Program-made: the position numbers and the translations under genes
Assembly (NCBI GenBank): GCA_951406725.2
Contig: OX597817.1
Span: 133,858,001 to 133,922,000, forward strand
DNA: 64,000 bases
Origin: Octopus vulgaris
Taxonomy: Eukaryota
Direction: 5' to 3'
Notes under the pieces: generated by a model
Databases searched by the model: none
What the model was told of the DNA's origin: nothing
Seen by the model: only the letters and a program-made list of their open reading frames with translations
Shown: positions 23,825 through 37,182 of the stretch, one piece after another
How the letters are laid out: each line of letters opens with the position of its first letter
Position numbering within the stretch: position 1 is the first letter of the stretch

Positions 23825-24055
23825 TGACAGTCTGGATAAGCCTGGATTTTCAGAAAAAGAAACCAGCCAATTGATTCGCACGTTGCGAATACAATCTGTT
23901 AGTGGAACAATTAAAATATGCAAGACTTTTTTCTATGTTTAAAATGTGACATTGAATTTGTTATCTACATTCCTATGAAGGAACTTTATATCTTTGTTAG
24001 AAACCAGTTCCTTCTTCAGAGGAAGAATTTAAATGATTAAGACTAGAATAGATCA
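23825..24055 (+). mobile_element. RLE LINE 3' end, (TACA)n-associated lineage
   Basis: LDKPGFSEKETSQLIRTLRIQSVSGTIKICKTF, homologous to the 44288-44572 C-terminus; CATA-type flanks. Confidence 0.75.
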
Positions 24056-24067
24056 TACTTACATACA

Positions 24068-24585
24068 TGATGGCTGCCCCCTCGTTATCGAGTATGGCCA
24101 TTGCACGAAGTTTAATTGTTATTGGTGCTGTGATCGAACGTGACGTTTCAGCCCAGCTAAAGATCTACAATGTCTTGTACAGAATTGGCAGCTAAAACCT
24201 TTACCGGCAATAGCCGGCTGTAGTTGTAACTAGGCTTCATGTACCTTTGCATGTCGTTTAAGTCCCGTCGAATTACATTCCCTTCCACATGCATGACAGA
24301 TAAGATTAGTATAGTGTGTAACACCACCACCAGAGGCCATTTGTCACTCATCTGTCTCGCTTTATGACTACGAAGATGACTCTTGAGTCCAGCTTTACTG
24401 AGGCAGGGTCTTGCACAGACACTGCATGTCAGCATCATAGGAAGAACCTTACTATCTGGAAGTGCAACAGCGATGCCCTTCCTGACATCCTTCCTTACTT
24501 TCACAAAAGTAGCTGTCCCCTCGTACACAATCCTTCTCCACCTGCTATGGTCAATAGCTATCTCCTCCCATGTATCAAGAGAGAT
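24068..24585 (-). mobile_element. RTE-clade LINE 3' end with C2H2 zinc finger
   Basis: ISLDTWEEIAIDHSRWRRIVYEG followed by CSVCARPCLSKAGLKSHLRSH; (CATA)n at the 5' junction. Confidence 0.75.
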
Positions 24586-24917
24586 GCATACATACATACA
24601 TACATACATACATACATACATACACAGAACATACATACATACATACACAGACACATACATACATATATACATGTATGTATGCATGATGCTTGTTACTCGA
24701 ATTCAATGAATCCCATCGCTGGACTTGAGCAGCACTGGAGTGGCTTCTCAGTCTTCCTAGGGATCTACACGCTTTTGCACAGATATCTCAATACTGAGGG
24801 CATCTCTGGCAACAAGAGCAACTCTGCTTCCTGGATGCAAAGGGTATCGCGCAGTACCTAATCTATCTTTTATACATCGAATGCCATCCTGAGATCACAT
24901 ACACACACACACATAAA

Positions 24918-25228
24918 GGAGCACTCCGTCGGTTACGACGGCGAGGGTCCCAGCTGATACGATCAATGGAACAGCCTGCTCGTGAAATTAACGTGCAAGT
25001 GGCTGAGTACTCCACAGACACGTGTACCCTTAACGTAGTTCTGGGGGAGATTCAGCATGACACAGAGTGTGACAAAGTTAGCCCTTTGAAATGCATGTAC
25101 AAATTATTTTTGCCAGCTGAGTGGACTGGAGCAAGGTGAAATAAAGTGTCTTGCTCGACATAACGTGTCGCCGGGAATTGAACTCACGACCTTAGAATCG
25201 TGAGTCGAATGCCCTAACCACTAAGCCA
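24918..25228 (-). mobile_element. SINE with the family C tail and a different tRNA-like head
   Basis: 3' half matches family C; head TGGCTTAGTGGTTAGGGCATTCGACTCACG...GAGTTCAATTCCC. Confidence 0.8.
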
Positions 25229-25238
25229 TATATATATA

Positions 25239-25450
25239 TAGTAATCCCTTGCCACATCGCGGTCTATTATTTAAGCTTACGTTGATTCCTCCGTGGTGTT
25301 ATTTTGCATTTCTATTAAATTAAATATATACAAATTATCAAAAAAATGAGAAAAAGTATGCAATGCAGAACTGTTTCTACTTCGCGGAATTCCACCTATG
25401 GCGAGGGTGTTTTAGGACGTAGCACCCGCGGTAGTTGAGGGATTTCTGTA
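25239..25450. mobile_element. pogo/Tigger-like MITE
   Basis: Imperfect TIRs AGTAATCCCTTGCCACATCGCGG / CCGCGGTAGTTGAGGGATTTCTG with TA flanks. Confidence 0.6.
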
Positions 25451-26000
25451 TACAAACGACCGGATTCTTTAAGTTACCGTCTTCCAAATTCTCTCACAAG
25501 GCTCGGTCGGCCTGTGGTTTTAGTAGAAGGCACTTGTCGAAGCTGACTGAACTCGGAACCATGTGGTTTGGAAGCCAGTATTTTACCCAACAGGCACATC
25601 TAAATCAAAGAATACAGTATTATAGATCCATTTCAGCTGATCTTACCAATCAGTATCGCACTGAGTATTAGTTCGCCGGATATCAGATCACAGCGTGATT
25701 AAGTAGCCACCACAGGCTCTTCAGAGTTGTGTGTGTGAAACAAAGAGATACATATGGACGTACATACATACATACATACATACATACATAAATATAAGTA
25801 TACACATCCGCACACACATGCAAATGTGTGTGACTTGATAATTGTGTAGCTGCCTATGTAGTCGTGAAGTAGACAGCCACTAGGGTGCGCACTTTCAAAC
25901 ATACTCACATGTGTGTGTGTGTGCGTATGTATGCATAAATACAGACAGTGCACACATACACTCGTGTATTTGTGTACTGTATGTATTTATGTACACACAT

Positions 26001-26386
26001 GGAAGCACTCCGTCGGTTACGACGACGAGGGTTCCGGTTGATCCGAATCAACGGAACAGCCTGCTCGTGAAATTAACGTGTAAGTGGCTGAGCACTCCAC
26101 AGACACGTGTACCCTTAATGTAGTTCTCGGGGATATTCAGCGTGACACAGAGAGTGACAAGGCCGGCCCTTTGGAAATACAAGTACAACAGAAACAGGAA
26201 GTAAGAGTGAGAGAAAGTTGTGGTGAAAGAGTACAGTAGGGATCACCACCATACCCTGCCGGAGCCTCGTGGAGCTTTTAGGTGTTTTCGCTCAATAAAC
26301 ACTCACAACGCCCGGTCTGGGAATCGAAACCGCGATCCTATGACCGCGAGTCCGCTGCCCTAACCACTGGGCCATTGCGCCTCCAC
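26001..26386 (-). mobile_element. SINE family C, full length
   Basis: Complete head-to-tail match to other family C copies. Confidence 0.9.
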
Positions 26387-26401
26387 ATGTACACACACAC
26401 A

Positions 26402-27523
26402 CACTGGGTTGGACAAAATAATGGAAATATGTTAAATGGAAGTTTTATTAATTAATATGGAATTATTTCAACTTTAGTTTCAGTCACAGCTTTAACACCT
26501 TATGGAATTAATTAACGTGTCCAGGTTGTGAACAGGTATAAGGAGAATTTGGATCCACTCTTTATCTGTTTCATTGACTACGGCGGAGAGAAGCGGCTGC
26601 TCACTTGCTGCTCCGAAATGTACCACAAACGTTCGATTATACTGAGATCCAGTGATGTGAGAGCCAATCGCAGTAGTTACTTCCCTTTTGTGCACTCTTA
26701 AACCAATTTTGAATACCATTAGCCGTGTCAAGCGGTGCATTATCGTCATGGAGATTTCGTTACCATCAGGGAATTATGTACCAGACGATGGACATGCTCA
26801 TCAAAATTACTCAGATAATCCTTGGTGTTCACTCTGCCATGTAGAGAAAAGGTGAATTCCATGATATGCTTGGCCAAATCATCGCAGAGATACCTGTATG
26901 CTTTGCATTCGATGTAAAACCATCAGTGATGAAGGCCGTTTTGGGCTATCGCCAGGCATAAACTCGACCCTGAGTGGCAAAATACCAATGACGGGTCATC
27001 AGAGATGATACTATTCTAAAAGTTAGACATCATTGTTTACATTTTTGAATGTTGATGAGGGACAGGAGTGTTTTAGCAATTGCAATCTCACCTCGGTACC
27101 CTAGATTGACGGAACTCACGATAACCGGTTCCGTTTAAGAAAAAGTTAGCAAGATAGCGGCCACTTTTGCGTTTCGTGGTTTGATGAGTTTTAGACAAAA
27201 TTCGTTTTCACTATTCACTAGTTCCTTTCGGTGAGCTTCCCCTCCCGCCCAGCGATGGTTTTACGTTGCTTTTAGTGACTGAGGCTCCAGCTATCCGTGC
27301 ACCAACAATTTGTCTTGTTTGGAAACCAGAAAGGTTACGCATTTCGACCTATTTAAATATAAATATTTGCATATAACAAAATACAGGGGATATAACATGA
27401 AGTACAAGACATACATACTGGATATGAACAAATATGTTCAGGCTAAAGCATTTTTGAGTCTGTCATATTGACAATAGAAAAAGTTAATTAAAAGTGGCGG
27501 TTCTGTTATTTTTTTCCAATCTA
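26402..27523 (-). mobile_element. Degenerate Tc1 transposon
   Basis: TIR-like GGTTGGACAAAATAATGGAA / TTCTGTTATTTTTTCCAATC; from 27342 the minus strand encodes MRNLSGFQTRQIVGARIAGASVTK (Tc1 N-terminal HTH); C-terminus-like EWIQI..IPVHNLDTLINSI near 26500. Confidence 0.75.
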
Positions 27524-27992
27524 TCTATTTATTCCTCTCCTTCTCTCTCTCTCGATATATGTACATATATATATATACATGTATACACATACAGAAATTA
27601 GAGTGTAGAAAATGTGATGGTAAGCTCCTTCTGGGACTGGTTCCGTTGGTGGAGGTGAGAGAAAGAGAGAGAGGAAGACAGACAGAACAAGTAAGAAGGA
27701 GAGAGAGAGAATCAACGAAACTTTGCTATCGATCTGTGATCATATCCCAAATCTGGTTATATTTATGTCCTCTCATGAATGTAAATCTGATATTTATTTA
27801 AATCACATTAATAAATTGGTACAAACCTGATAGCACCATCTCACAAATCATTGCATTTCCCAGAAATTGGTTAGGAAGAAAGCTGCCAGCAGGAATATTG
27901 ACACCGTCGAATACATTAACCTCAAAAATATTCAATAATAACTAATTTCGAAAATTTGGTCAGTCACTATTTTATAGTATTGAGTTTTCCAT

Positions 27993-28041
<49 letters not shown>

Positions 28042-28551
28042 TAAAACCAGACGTTGCTGACGAACAAGCCTTGTTCGGTGACATGTACATGCTTTCGCTA
28101 ATGATATTAAGTGACTCTGTTTTCACAAGCAAGATAAAGATTCCGACTCTGTTCTTTTACCCAGGTGGCATATCTTGGATGTGCCAACTTGAAGGGTAGA
28201 GAGAGTGGCACATGCTTTCGACTGGGTAAACAGCAGCAACATGAAATGGGAGTTTCCTTCTCGAAGGCACAACGCACTGTACTGCTCAGGAACTGAATCC
28301 ACAAGAATACGATTGTGAGTCGAGCATACTTACCAGTAGGACAAGCGCCTTTCTTATACTCGCACGGATACACACACATACACACGCACACATGTATATA
28401 TAATTATTAAATTTAATTAGAGGATGTGTAAACCTCATGAAGGGATGTACTTCCTCATCCAAGGAAATACTGGTTCAATACCTAATATTTTGGGGGAATG
28501 AATTTCCTTAAAATAATAGGTATATACATAACAACATTAGTGTATATTCAT

Positions 28552-28630
28552 TTATACAGCCGTTTCAATTAATACTCAACAAAGATTAAATTTACATTTA
28601 CGTAACATGAGCACAATATCATCAGAGGGG
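28552..28630 (-). ncRNA. Decayed hammerhead-like motif with long stem II
   Basis: Minus: CTGATGA-TATTGTGCTCA...TGAGTATTAATT-GAAA-CGGCTG-TA; stem I does not pair. Confidence 0.4.
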
Positions 28631-28643
28631 AAAAATGTACATT

Positions 28644-28819
28644 AGGAGTGGCTGTGTGGTAAGTAGCTTGTTTACCAACCACATGGTTCCGGGTTCAGTC
28701 CCACTGCGTGGTACCTTGGGCAAGTGTCTTCTACTATAGCCTCGGGCCGACCAAAGCCTTGTGAGTGGATTTGGTTGACGGAAACTGAAAAAAGCCCGTC
28801 GTATATATGTATGTATATG

Positions 28820-28910
<91 letters not shown>

Positions 28911-29117
28911 TGTGTGTTTGTCCTCCTAGCATTGCTTGAAAACCGATGCTGGTGTGTTTATGTCCCCGTTACTTAGCGGTTCGGCAAAAGAGACCGATAG
29001 AATAAGTACTGGGCTTACAAAAGAATAAGTCCCGGGGTCGAGTTGCTTGATTAAAGGCGGTGCTCCAGCATGGCCACAGTCAAATGACTGAAACAAGTAA
29101 AAGAGAGTAAAGAGAGT
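28644..29117 (+). mobile_element. SINE family A, full length
   Basis: A box TGGCTGTGTGG, B-box-like GGTTCAGTCCC, CCTTGGGCAAGTG, ~105-bp internal (TA)n-rich tract, tail with GTAAAAGA-type repeats. Confidence 0.92.
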
Positions 29118-29189
29118 ATATGTGCGCGCTTATGAATTCATAAGTGTAAGTGAAGATGACCAATTTACTGTTATTAATAAACAATTATT

Positions 29190-29608
29190 CGTTTCTACTT
29201 TAGGCATAAGGCCCGAAATTTTGGGAGAGGTGACCAGTTGATTGGATCGATCCCAGTACAAAACTGGTACTTAATTTATCGACCCCGAAAGGGGAAAAGC
29301 AAAGTCGACCTCGGCGGAATTTGAACTCAGAATGTAAAGACAGACGAAATACCGCTAAACATTTCGCCCGGCATGAGAACGTTTCTTATTTCTTTATTGC
29401 CCACAAGGGGCTAAACATAGAGAGGACAGACAAAAGGATTAAGTTGATTACATCGACCCCAGAGCGTAACTGATACTTAATTTATCGACCCCGAAAGGAT
29501 GAAAGGCAAAGTCGACCTCGGCGGAATTTGAGCTCAGAACGTAACGGCAGACGAAATACGGCTACGCATTTCGCCCGGCGTGCTAACGATTCTGCCAGCT
29601 CCCCGCCT
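29190..29608 (-). mobile_element. SINE B dimer
   Basis: Two B modules with tail 1 then tail 2, as at 11757-12157 and 61988-62417. Confidence 0.88.
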
Positions 29609-31649
29609 TTTATAATAAACAATTATTAACTTCCTAATCTCCATTTTCTTTTCTTCTTTTATATGTATATGCATATATCTAGTTATAACGCTATTGTGGT
29701 TAAGTGTGTGTGTGTATGTATAATAGCAGTACCGATGGTAGTATCGTGAAGAACATCGGCCACAAGTACTTTGAAGCATTTGGTTCGATTTGTTTGGTAG
29801 TTTTTTCCGACGTTGTGTTGGAATATGTCTATAGAGATAGTGTTACGGAAGGATCGTGGAGTATTTTGGAAGAACAGTTGTCTCTGTGCATGAAGTACTG
29901 AGCTTGACACTTTAGAAAATGTGCTAGGAATAGGGCTGTCTTAGATGAGAGAGTGAGAACTCTCAGGTTTCAATTATGGATTTCATTTATTTTTGCTCAA
30001 AGTTTCTCTCTCCTGTTTTGCTGATCTCATCATTACCAGTCAGCAACTGATATTTTTCTCTCTCTTGTTCTCCACTGAAGGCATTAACCTCATCTCAAAT
30101 CTCTCAGAAGTTGTCAGACTTGATAACTTGAATGTGCACATCACCCGCTACCGTTGGCCCTCTTCATTATCTGACACATTTGGCACAACTATGAAATCGT
30201 TTACCACCCTCAAACGTCTGCGTTAGATCATGCACCGGCAAATCGAATAACAGTAATCCCACCTTCGCCTTCGAACTTCTGTCTTACCCAGGTATAAACT
30301 GGATAAGTTCTTGGTAAGATTATAAACTCTACGATATTTGGGAAGCAGGATATCGTGCCGATTGTGCGGTGTACAAAGTCAACATTTGCTTCCATGATGA
30401 TTGTCTTACGTATGAGGTGAGTAAAAACCCTCTCTGCTAGATGTTGCATGAGGTTCGTTACAAGATTTGTTGGGCATTTTCTTTGTTCATGCCGATACAT
30501 CAGCCGGTAAGCCACAAAAGTATTACCAAGGTTACGGCGTTTTGTTTAGTTGTGAAGTGATTAGGTCGATGCACCAATCGTCTGCTTAATTGTCTCACAT
30601 TGGACACCGGTTAATCGCACTCCCTGCGAGAGGTGATCGGTATAGAACTACTAGGGCTTGGTGGTTGATCTGAAGTATTGGAGGTTTGTTTTGGGGTAGA
30701 GGTCACTGAGTGTGTTACTTTTATTTGGTTAAACTTGGATTATCAAATAAGCATACAAGCAATTATGTATGGGAAAGTATTAGGTTGGAAGGTGAGGGCG
30801 AGATCATTGTTATTCGATTGACAGTCTAAGTGTGTAATAACCGAGGCCATAACTGAGCTGGCCCTCCTCGGAGAATGAGGAGGACCAGGAATAAAGTGTG
30901 GGGTATGATGTGCCCATTGAAGTTAAATGATTATTTTGTGAGAACTGAGATATTAACGACTTTAGTACAAAACACGTGACATGTATCTGTTGATGACCGG
31001 AGATGTTTGGGGTACGGTGGAGGAGACACCAGATGAGCTTAGAAGAATAGGACAGAGACGCTTCGCTCCTGAATAAATGAGAATAATTGTCATTTAAATC
31101 CAAGTAAGAGAGATAGAAGTGAGTGATGGAAATAACTGATTTTATATATTACAGAGGGCAGCATTTAGATCAAAGTTTGATTAGAGTACAAAGTGTAGCC
31201 TGGACAGAAGATATATTTCGGTTGTTGAACTGCTTTATTAAAAGAACTGAAAAAATAAATATTCACCGATGGTGTTTGGAAATATATTTAAGGGAAATCT
31301 AAACGCGTCTCTATTGAATCAAATGAATGCAGCTTCCACTAATAAATTCAGTCATTAGTCAGTTTGATAGAAAATAGAGAAATGAAATGAATTTTGATCA
31401 ACATGAAATTATTTCCTGTCATCAGAGAGAAGCGAAGTAAAGGAGGAATATATTTATTTAAGCATAGCAAATGAAAACAAAAGTTTTACAATCAATAGCT
31501 GCTATTGACATTGATACTGAAATCAATGAGATGGCGTTTGGGCAAAGACGGAGACGAGTAACGATACACACATTATCACACTTACACGCTTATTTACATC
31601 GACACACTTGAGCATATTTGCATATATCTGTGTGTGTGTGTGTGTCTTT

Positions 31650-31970
31650 TACTGTAGGCTCGGACCGACGAAAGCCATATGAATGTATTTGCTTGACGGA
31701 AACTGAAAGAAGTCCGTCGTGTGTATATATATATATGTGTGTGTGTGTGCGTGTGTATTTGTGTTTCTGTGTTTGTCTCCACCACCACCACCATCGCTTG
31801 ACAACTGATGTTGGTGTGTTTACGTCGCCGTAACTTAGCGGTTCGGCAAAAGAGGTCAATAGAATAAAGAATAGGCTTACAAAGAACAAGTCCTGGGGTA
31901 GATTTGTTCGACTAAAAGCGGTGCTCCATCATGACCACACTCAAATGACTGAAACACGTAAAAAGATCAA
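31650..31970 (+). mobile_element. SINE family A, 5'-truncated
   Basis: Similarity to family A. Confidence 0.8.
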
Positions 31971-32064
31971 AGAATATATGTGTGTGTGTATATACATGTC
32001 TCTCCATCTTCATATATGTATATGTATGTATATATATATATATATACATACATACATATACTCT

Positions 32065-32451
32065 TTTCTCTTTTACTCTTTTACTTGTTTCAGTCATTTG
32101 ACTGCGGCCATGCTGGAGCACCGCCTTTAGTTGAGGAAATCAACCCCAGGACTTATTCTTTGTAAGCCTAGTACTTACTCTATCGGTCTCTTTTGCCGAA
32201 CCGCTAAGTTACGGGGACATAAACACACCACCATCGGTTGTCAAGCGATGTTGGGGGGACAAACACAGACACACAAACACACACATACATATATACGACA
32301 GGCTTCTTTCAGTTTCCGTCTACCAAATCCACTCACAAGGCTTTGGTCGGCCCGAGGCTATAGAAGAAGACACTTGCCCAAGGTGCCACGCAGTGGACTG
32401 AACGGAACCATGTGGTTTGTAAGCAAACTACTACCACACACCACTCCTGCG

Positions 32452-32454
<3 letters not shown>
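32065..32454 (-). mobile_element. SINE family A, full length
   Basis: Complete minus-strand copy. Confidence 0.9.
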
Positions 32455-32488
<34 letters not shown>

Positions 32489-32929
32489 GCACAATTGTAT
32501 ATGTTTGCACACATGCGTGTATCTCAACAAACCTCTAGGCTTGATCTGGGTTTGCATTTCGAGTGCACAATATCCTTGCGTAATACAAGTCCACTCTAGC
32601 TTCTTGTGTGCCATTCTAAAAACAAACATAGTGAAGTGTGACGCTGGCGGGCTCTGATAAAGGGCAGGTATTCAGCACCCACAAATTATTCTTCAGCAGC
32701 CTTGCCGATAAGGTTTTTTTTTTTTAGATCAAAGGTTGAAGGTGAAGTAATGATTAAAGGAATCATCAAAATTTTCTTTGATTGATACCGCGCCATTAGA
32801 TTCTGTTTATTAGCCCTATAATTGGGGTATGCTTGGTGATAAAGCTGTGGAGTGCTGCAAGACCACCGCCCTAGAGGCATCCTCTGATACAAAATAACCA
32901 GTACCAGTTCCCATTCATGATTTAATGAT

Positions 32930-33102
32930 TGACCGCTAACGCCAAAAAGTTTTTTATTCTCTCTCTGTTTATTTCCTTGTGTTGAAAAGCGTAGGCTCGA
33001 AACGCAAAAGACTTTCTCACCTTCCCGAGCGTCAAATTAATATACCTGCTTGTTGTTTATATACCTGTCTTCGTCTTTTGTTCTTCTGTAAATTTCGACT
33101 AT
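32930..33102 (+). mobile_element. Probable PLE 3'-end remnant with hammerhead-like motif (family of 556-725)
   Basis: CTTGTGTTGAAAAGCGTAGGCTCGAAACGCAAAAG at 32976-33010; downstream CCTGTCTTCGTCTTTTGTT is shared with the other copies. Confidence 0.55.
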
Positions 33103-36024
33103 AACCTCTAATAGTCGGACGTTGGGCCAGCAATCTCACGTTGCAAAGAAAATGAGCCTTCAAGAAACGATAAGAGGCCATGCAGACAAACATGTAAGGT
33201 TGTAACGCGTCAAGCGATGTCACAACGATAAATGGCTAACTTAAATTTGTGCTTCACTGAATAAGTCCAAGCTCATACCACCAACCGGGTATATTGATTA
33301 TACAAGATTTAGAAAGATCGTTATGACATACTGAGTGTTGTAAGTCTATTATGGTAGAGATTGAGAAGAAGGATGTTTAGCAGAGGGCCTACAGGTGCGC
33401 AAGGAGTAGAGAAAGTAATTAAATATTTAGTTTCTTAGGGGATAGAATGTTTTATGGAATATTTAAGGGAACACTGGCAAGAAAGATGTCATGCTTTCTA
33501 GCACAGAATGAACTCATAGCTTCGTTATTTCAGAGAGCTAGTGCTTTGGGATTTGCAAGTTGCCTTAAGGATATCCACGTTATTTGTAGTTCCCCAAGAA
33601 AGAAAAGAACTACAGGGTTACTGGATCGCTCACAAAAGTATACATGGGTCATGGATTAGTTCCCAGTCGAGACCTAAAGCATAGAATTTTGTTTGCAGTT
33701 TTGGATTTGAGAAGGAATGCCTAATATGGTACCTTGCGTCTGTTTGTCACGGTTTATAACAACAAAAAAAATCACGATTAACTGGTTAGCAGAGGATATA
33801 TGTTTAACGATGGAATTTACTATTTCTCCATCGCTTTTTTTGTCTTGGCCGTGATTTTGGCATTGAGAGTGCAAAAAGATAGGTTGAGAGTGTGAAGATT
33901 GGAAGATCTTGTAGCTGTCTCCACTGCGTGCTTTTATAAATGTCATCAATGCTTTAATGGAAAGAAAGAAAGAAATAAAATCTCTCCTAGACTGGATAAA
34001 CCGCTCCGGTGATGTTGATTACATAGCAAAGTCGCATGCGATCCATAATGAAGGATCAAATTAAGGAATTCCGCTTTGAAATTGGAGATGATTGCAATAA
34101 TCTATGAGTAAGCATTTTAGAGCTTTGGTTGTGTTTATGCTGCTCTCTTAAATGATTCCAAAGAAGTGAGATTGAGTCTATATCGGGGGAAAAAAACTAA
34201 CATTGAAGATTACCGTTTCGCACCGAAGTTTAAAATAGGCCATTTGCTGAGTCTTCTACGATAAAACTGTCCGTCTGAATAGAGAAGAGAAGAGAGAAAA
34301 TGCGTGCCGACAAGTTTCAGTGGCAGTGATTTTTGTCTCTTGCCATCTTTTAAGATAACTAAGCTGTATTTCGGTTGCCTTTAAAATAATTGTTGAGCCT
34401 GTGGATTCCGTTGTTCATGTGACTCCGTCAGCAATGTTGACAAGAAAGAAATGGATTGTTAGAAAAAATGCTAAGAGACTTTTTGACGGAGAGTGGAAGG
34501 ATACATCTGTTCGCTTGGTGAGCTTGAGATGGAAGCAGGAATTGGCAATTTGAAAAGGAAATGAGGCAGAGTAGATAGGCAGAGATGACACAATTCTATT
34601 TTTCTTTCCGCGTAGTACATGTGCATTGTTATTTTGTTTCTTTAATCGTAACTGGTTACTATTTTATTTTATTTAAATGAATTCTTTTATTTCATTTAAT
34701 TGCATCACATGAACAACTATGGTTTCCTTATTTTCTATCCCAGTCGCTAATATTAATCGTACCTCATTCCCCTGTTTTTGCTTTCTTTCCACTCTATCTT
34801 ACCTGCTTTTGTGCCTTACAGCATCCAATAGCTTGTCGATGCCACCAAGTTAGCAGTTTTGTTTCAAAGTATAGAAACTGTTAGAATACCTAGCGACATA
34901 GCTGATGAACATTTTCGTTTCACCTGTCTTTTACGTATTTTTATCATGTGTGCCCTTTACTTGCGTTCATGTTTCCCGATGCATTGAGCCAAAGTTACTT
35001 TCATGTTGTGTTTCGTTTACACACACACATGACTATATTTACGTGTGTGTGTGTATTTCGACTATAGCTACAAACTGCTCTCTTCCCTTTTTGCTCTGCT
35101 CGAATGGTGCAGACCTTTCTTTATTATTCTCACCGTCTTAAATGCAGTGAAGCAGCTCAAGTCTGTAAACGGTGAAGGTAGTGTTCAGTAAAAAGAATTA
35201 TAAAATATAAATCAATCAATAAGTAGCCACCTGTGTATGATTTAGACGAGATGACCTACTTTTGATGTGTGTGACGTAAGCAAAATGACCTATATTTGAA
35301 TTGTGTGACGTAATCGAGATTACTTGTATTTGATGTGGTTGTAAAGAAATCATGGTAGAAACAGCTAATATTAATAGGTCAAAAAATAAATTTTGTCTCG
35401 TGGCTTTTGTGCTTAACGAAGAACCCAAGATGTTGGAGGGTTAAAGGCATTATTTGCCTGCCGAGTAATATATGGAATCCAAATCTTATAAAATACTTTC
35501 GTTTTTTTTTTTCTTTTCTAGCCTCAATTGTGTATACTTTATAGTTTTGCTTCTTTCAAGCAGAAGTTGTGGCCATACTAGGGCACGAGCTTTGCGGAAA
35601 GTATATTTTGTATGGGCATGAGGAATAAGGAAGGAGCCAATGAGGGTGTGTTGTTGTATCTCCCACCCCCACAATATGGATTTTTGCTGGATTAAACTAT
35701 GCTGTCTGCCACCATCTGGCTCCAATCTTTAAGCTAATCCTTCAGCTAAAAACAGAAACGTTTTGTTATATCGACATTTTGCAAACTCATAGCTTGCAGT
35801 GGACATTTTCAAAATCTAAGGACAAATTCAATTATATGAAGCCAATGCGTGCAACAGACAGAGCTTGTTCATAGATTATTAATATTGCTGATGAAATTGT
35901 GTGAAGCTATTTTGTCCAGTGCCAAAATCTGAACCGACTTTTTTTTTATTATTACAGCTATTTTCTTTTTTTGTTGTTGTTATTGTTTATTAACTTCTCC
36001 ATAACTTTTGAAAGATTCAATACT

Positions 36025-36078
<54 letters not shown>

Positions 36079-36192
36079 CTGTTAGTTACCGCCTTTCTAT
36101 AAATCGAAGTCGTAATTGCGCCTTACTGCGTTTCAGTGAATCGTACAATGCTAATATAATTCCATCATTGAGCAAAATACGGACACATGCAT

Positions 36193-36225
<33 letters not shown>

Positions 36226-36857
36226 CATATGCATACATACCTACATACACACATAGATACATACATACATACACACATGCATACATATATACATACATAC
36301 ATATACACACACATACACACACACATACAGAGAAAACATCAGATAAAAAATATCAGTGTTCTTTTGGCAGGCCTTTACAGAAAGATGACATCTGCAAAAT
36401 GCTAATGACCAACCACAATTGGTAAGAACTCTTCTGTTACAACACTGCAGAATGTAATTTTGGAAGCAAACGGCATTATGAAGACATCGCAGGAACTGAA
36501 AACTAAGAAAACCACTGGCCCTGATACAACTCTAACCAAAATTCAGTTAAAAAGTTACAAATCTCGCCAGGATTAAGGTTGCTTATTTTACACATTGTAT
36601 TTCCAAATTAATGAAGAATTGTCCCTATGAGACATAAGACTCAAAACAGGATTCATCAAAATACTAAGCTATTTCATTCCCCGACATTATCAACAACTTT
36701 CTGTTACCATCATGACGTATGTATCAACAGTATATTCATGGAAGAAAGATTTTAAGTGGTTGAACTAAGTTTTTACAAAACGTGATGTATTAAGTATAAC
36801 AGGTCAAGTATGTGAACATTCCGTAGTGTTATGGGTCTTCACTATGTAAATTCATCG

Positions 36858-37182
36858 TGGCACTCCGTCGGTTACGACGACGAGGGTTCCAGCCTGCTCG
36901 TGAAATTAACGTGCAAGTGGCTGAGTACTCCACAGACACATGTACCATTAACGTAGTTCTCGGGGAGATTCAACGTGACACAGTGTGTGACAAGGCTGGC
37001 CCTTTCGAAATACAGGTACAACAGAAAGAGTGAGAGAAAGTTGTGGTGAAAGAGTGCCGGAGCCTCGTGGAGCTTTAGTTGTTTCGCTCAATAAACACTC
37101 ACAACGCCAGGTATGGTAATCGAAACCGCAATCCTACGACTGCGAGTCCGCTGCCCTAAACACAGGGCTATTGTGCCTCCAC
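36858..37182 (-). mobile_element. SINE family C with small deletions
   Basis: Similarity to 26001-26386. Confidence 0.88.

Noticed and set aside
29700-31100. Possible ancient APE-type LINE on the minus strand (FNGH-like and STFSKV-like traces)
   Set aside because: Motifs too decayed to support by eye; needs a translated HMM search.
33110-34600. Possible old L1/Tx1 relic (GGMSL trace, minus strand)
   Set aside because: No convincing RT motifs recovered.
36480-36720. LKTKKTTGPD, similar to a LINE pre-RT motif
   Set aside because: Single short motif with no continuing frame.
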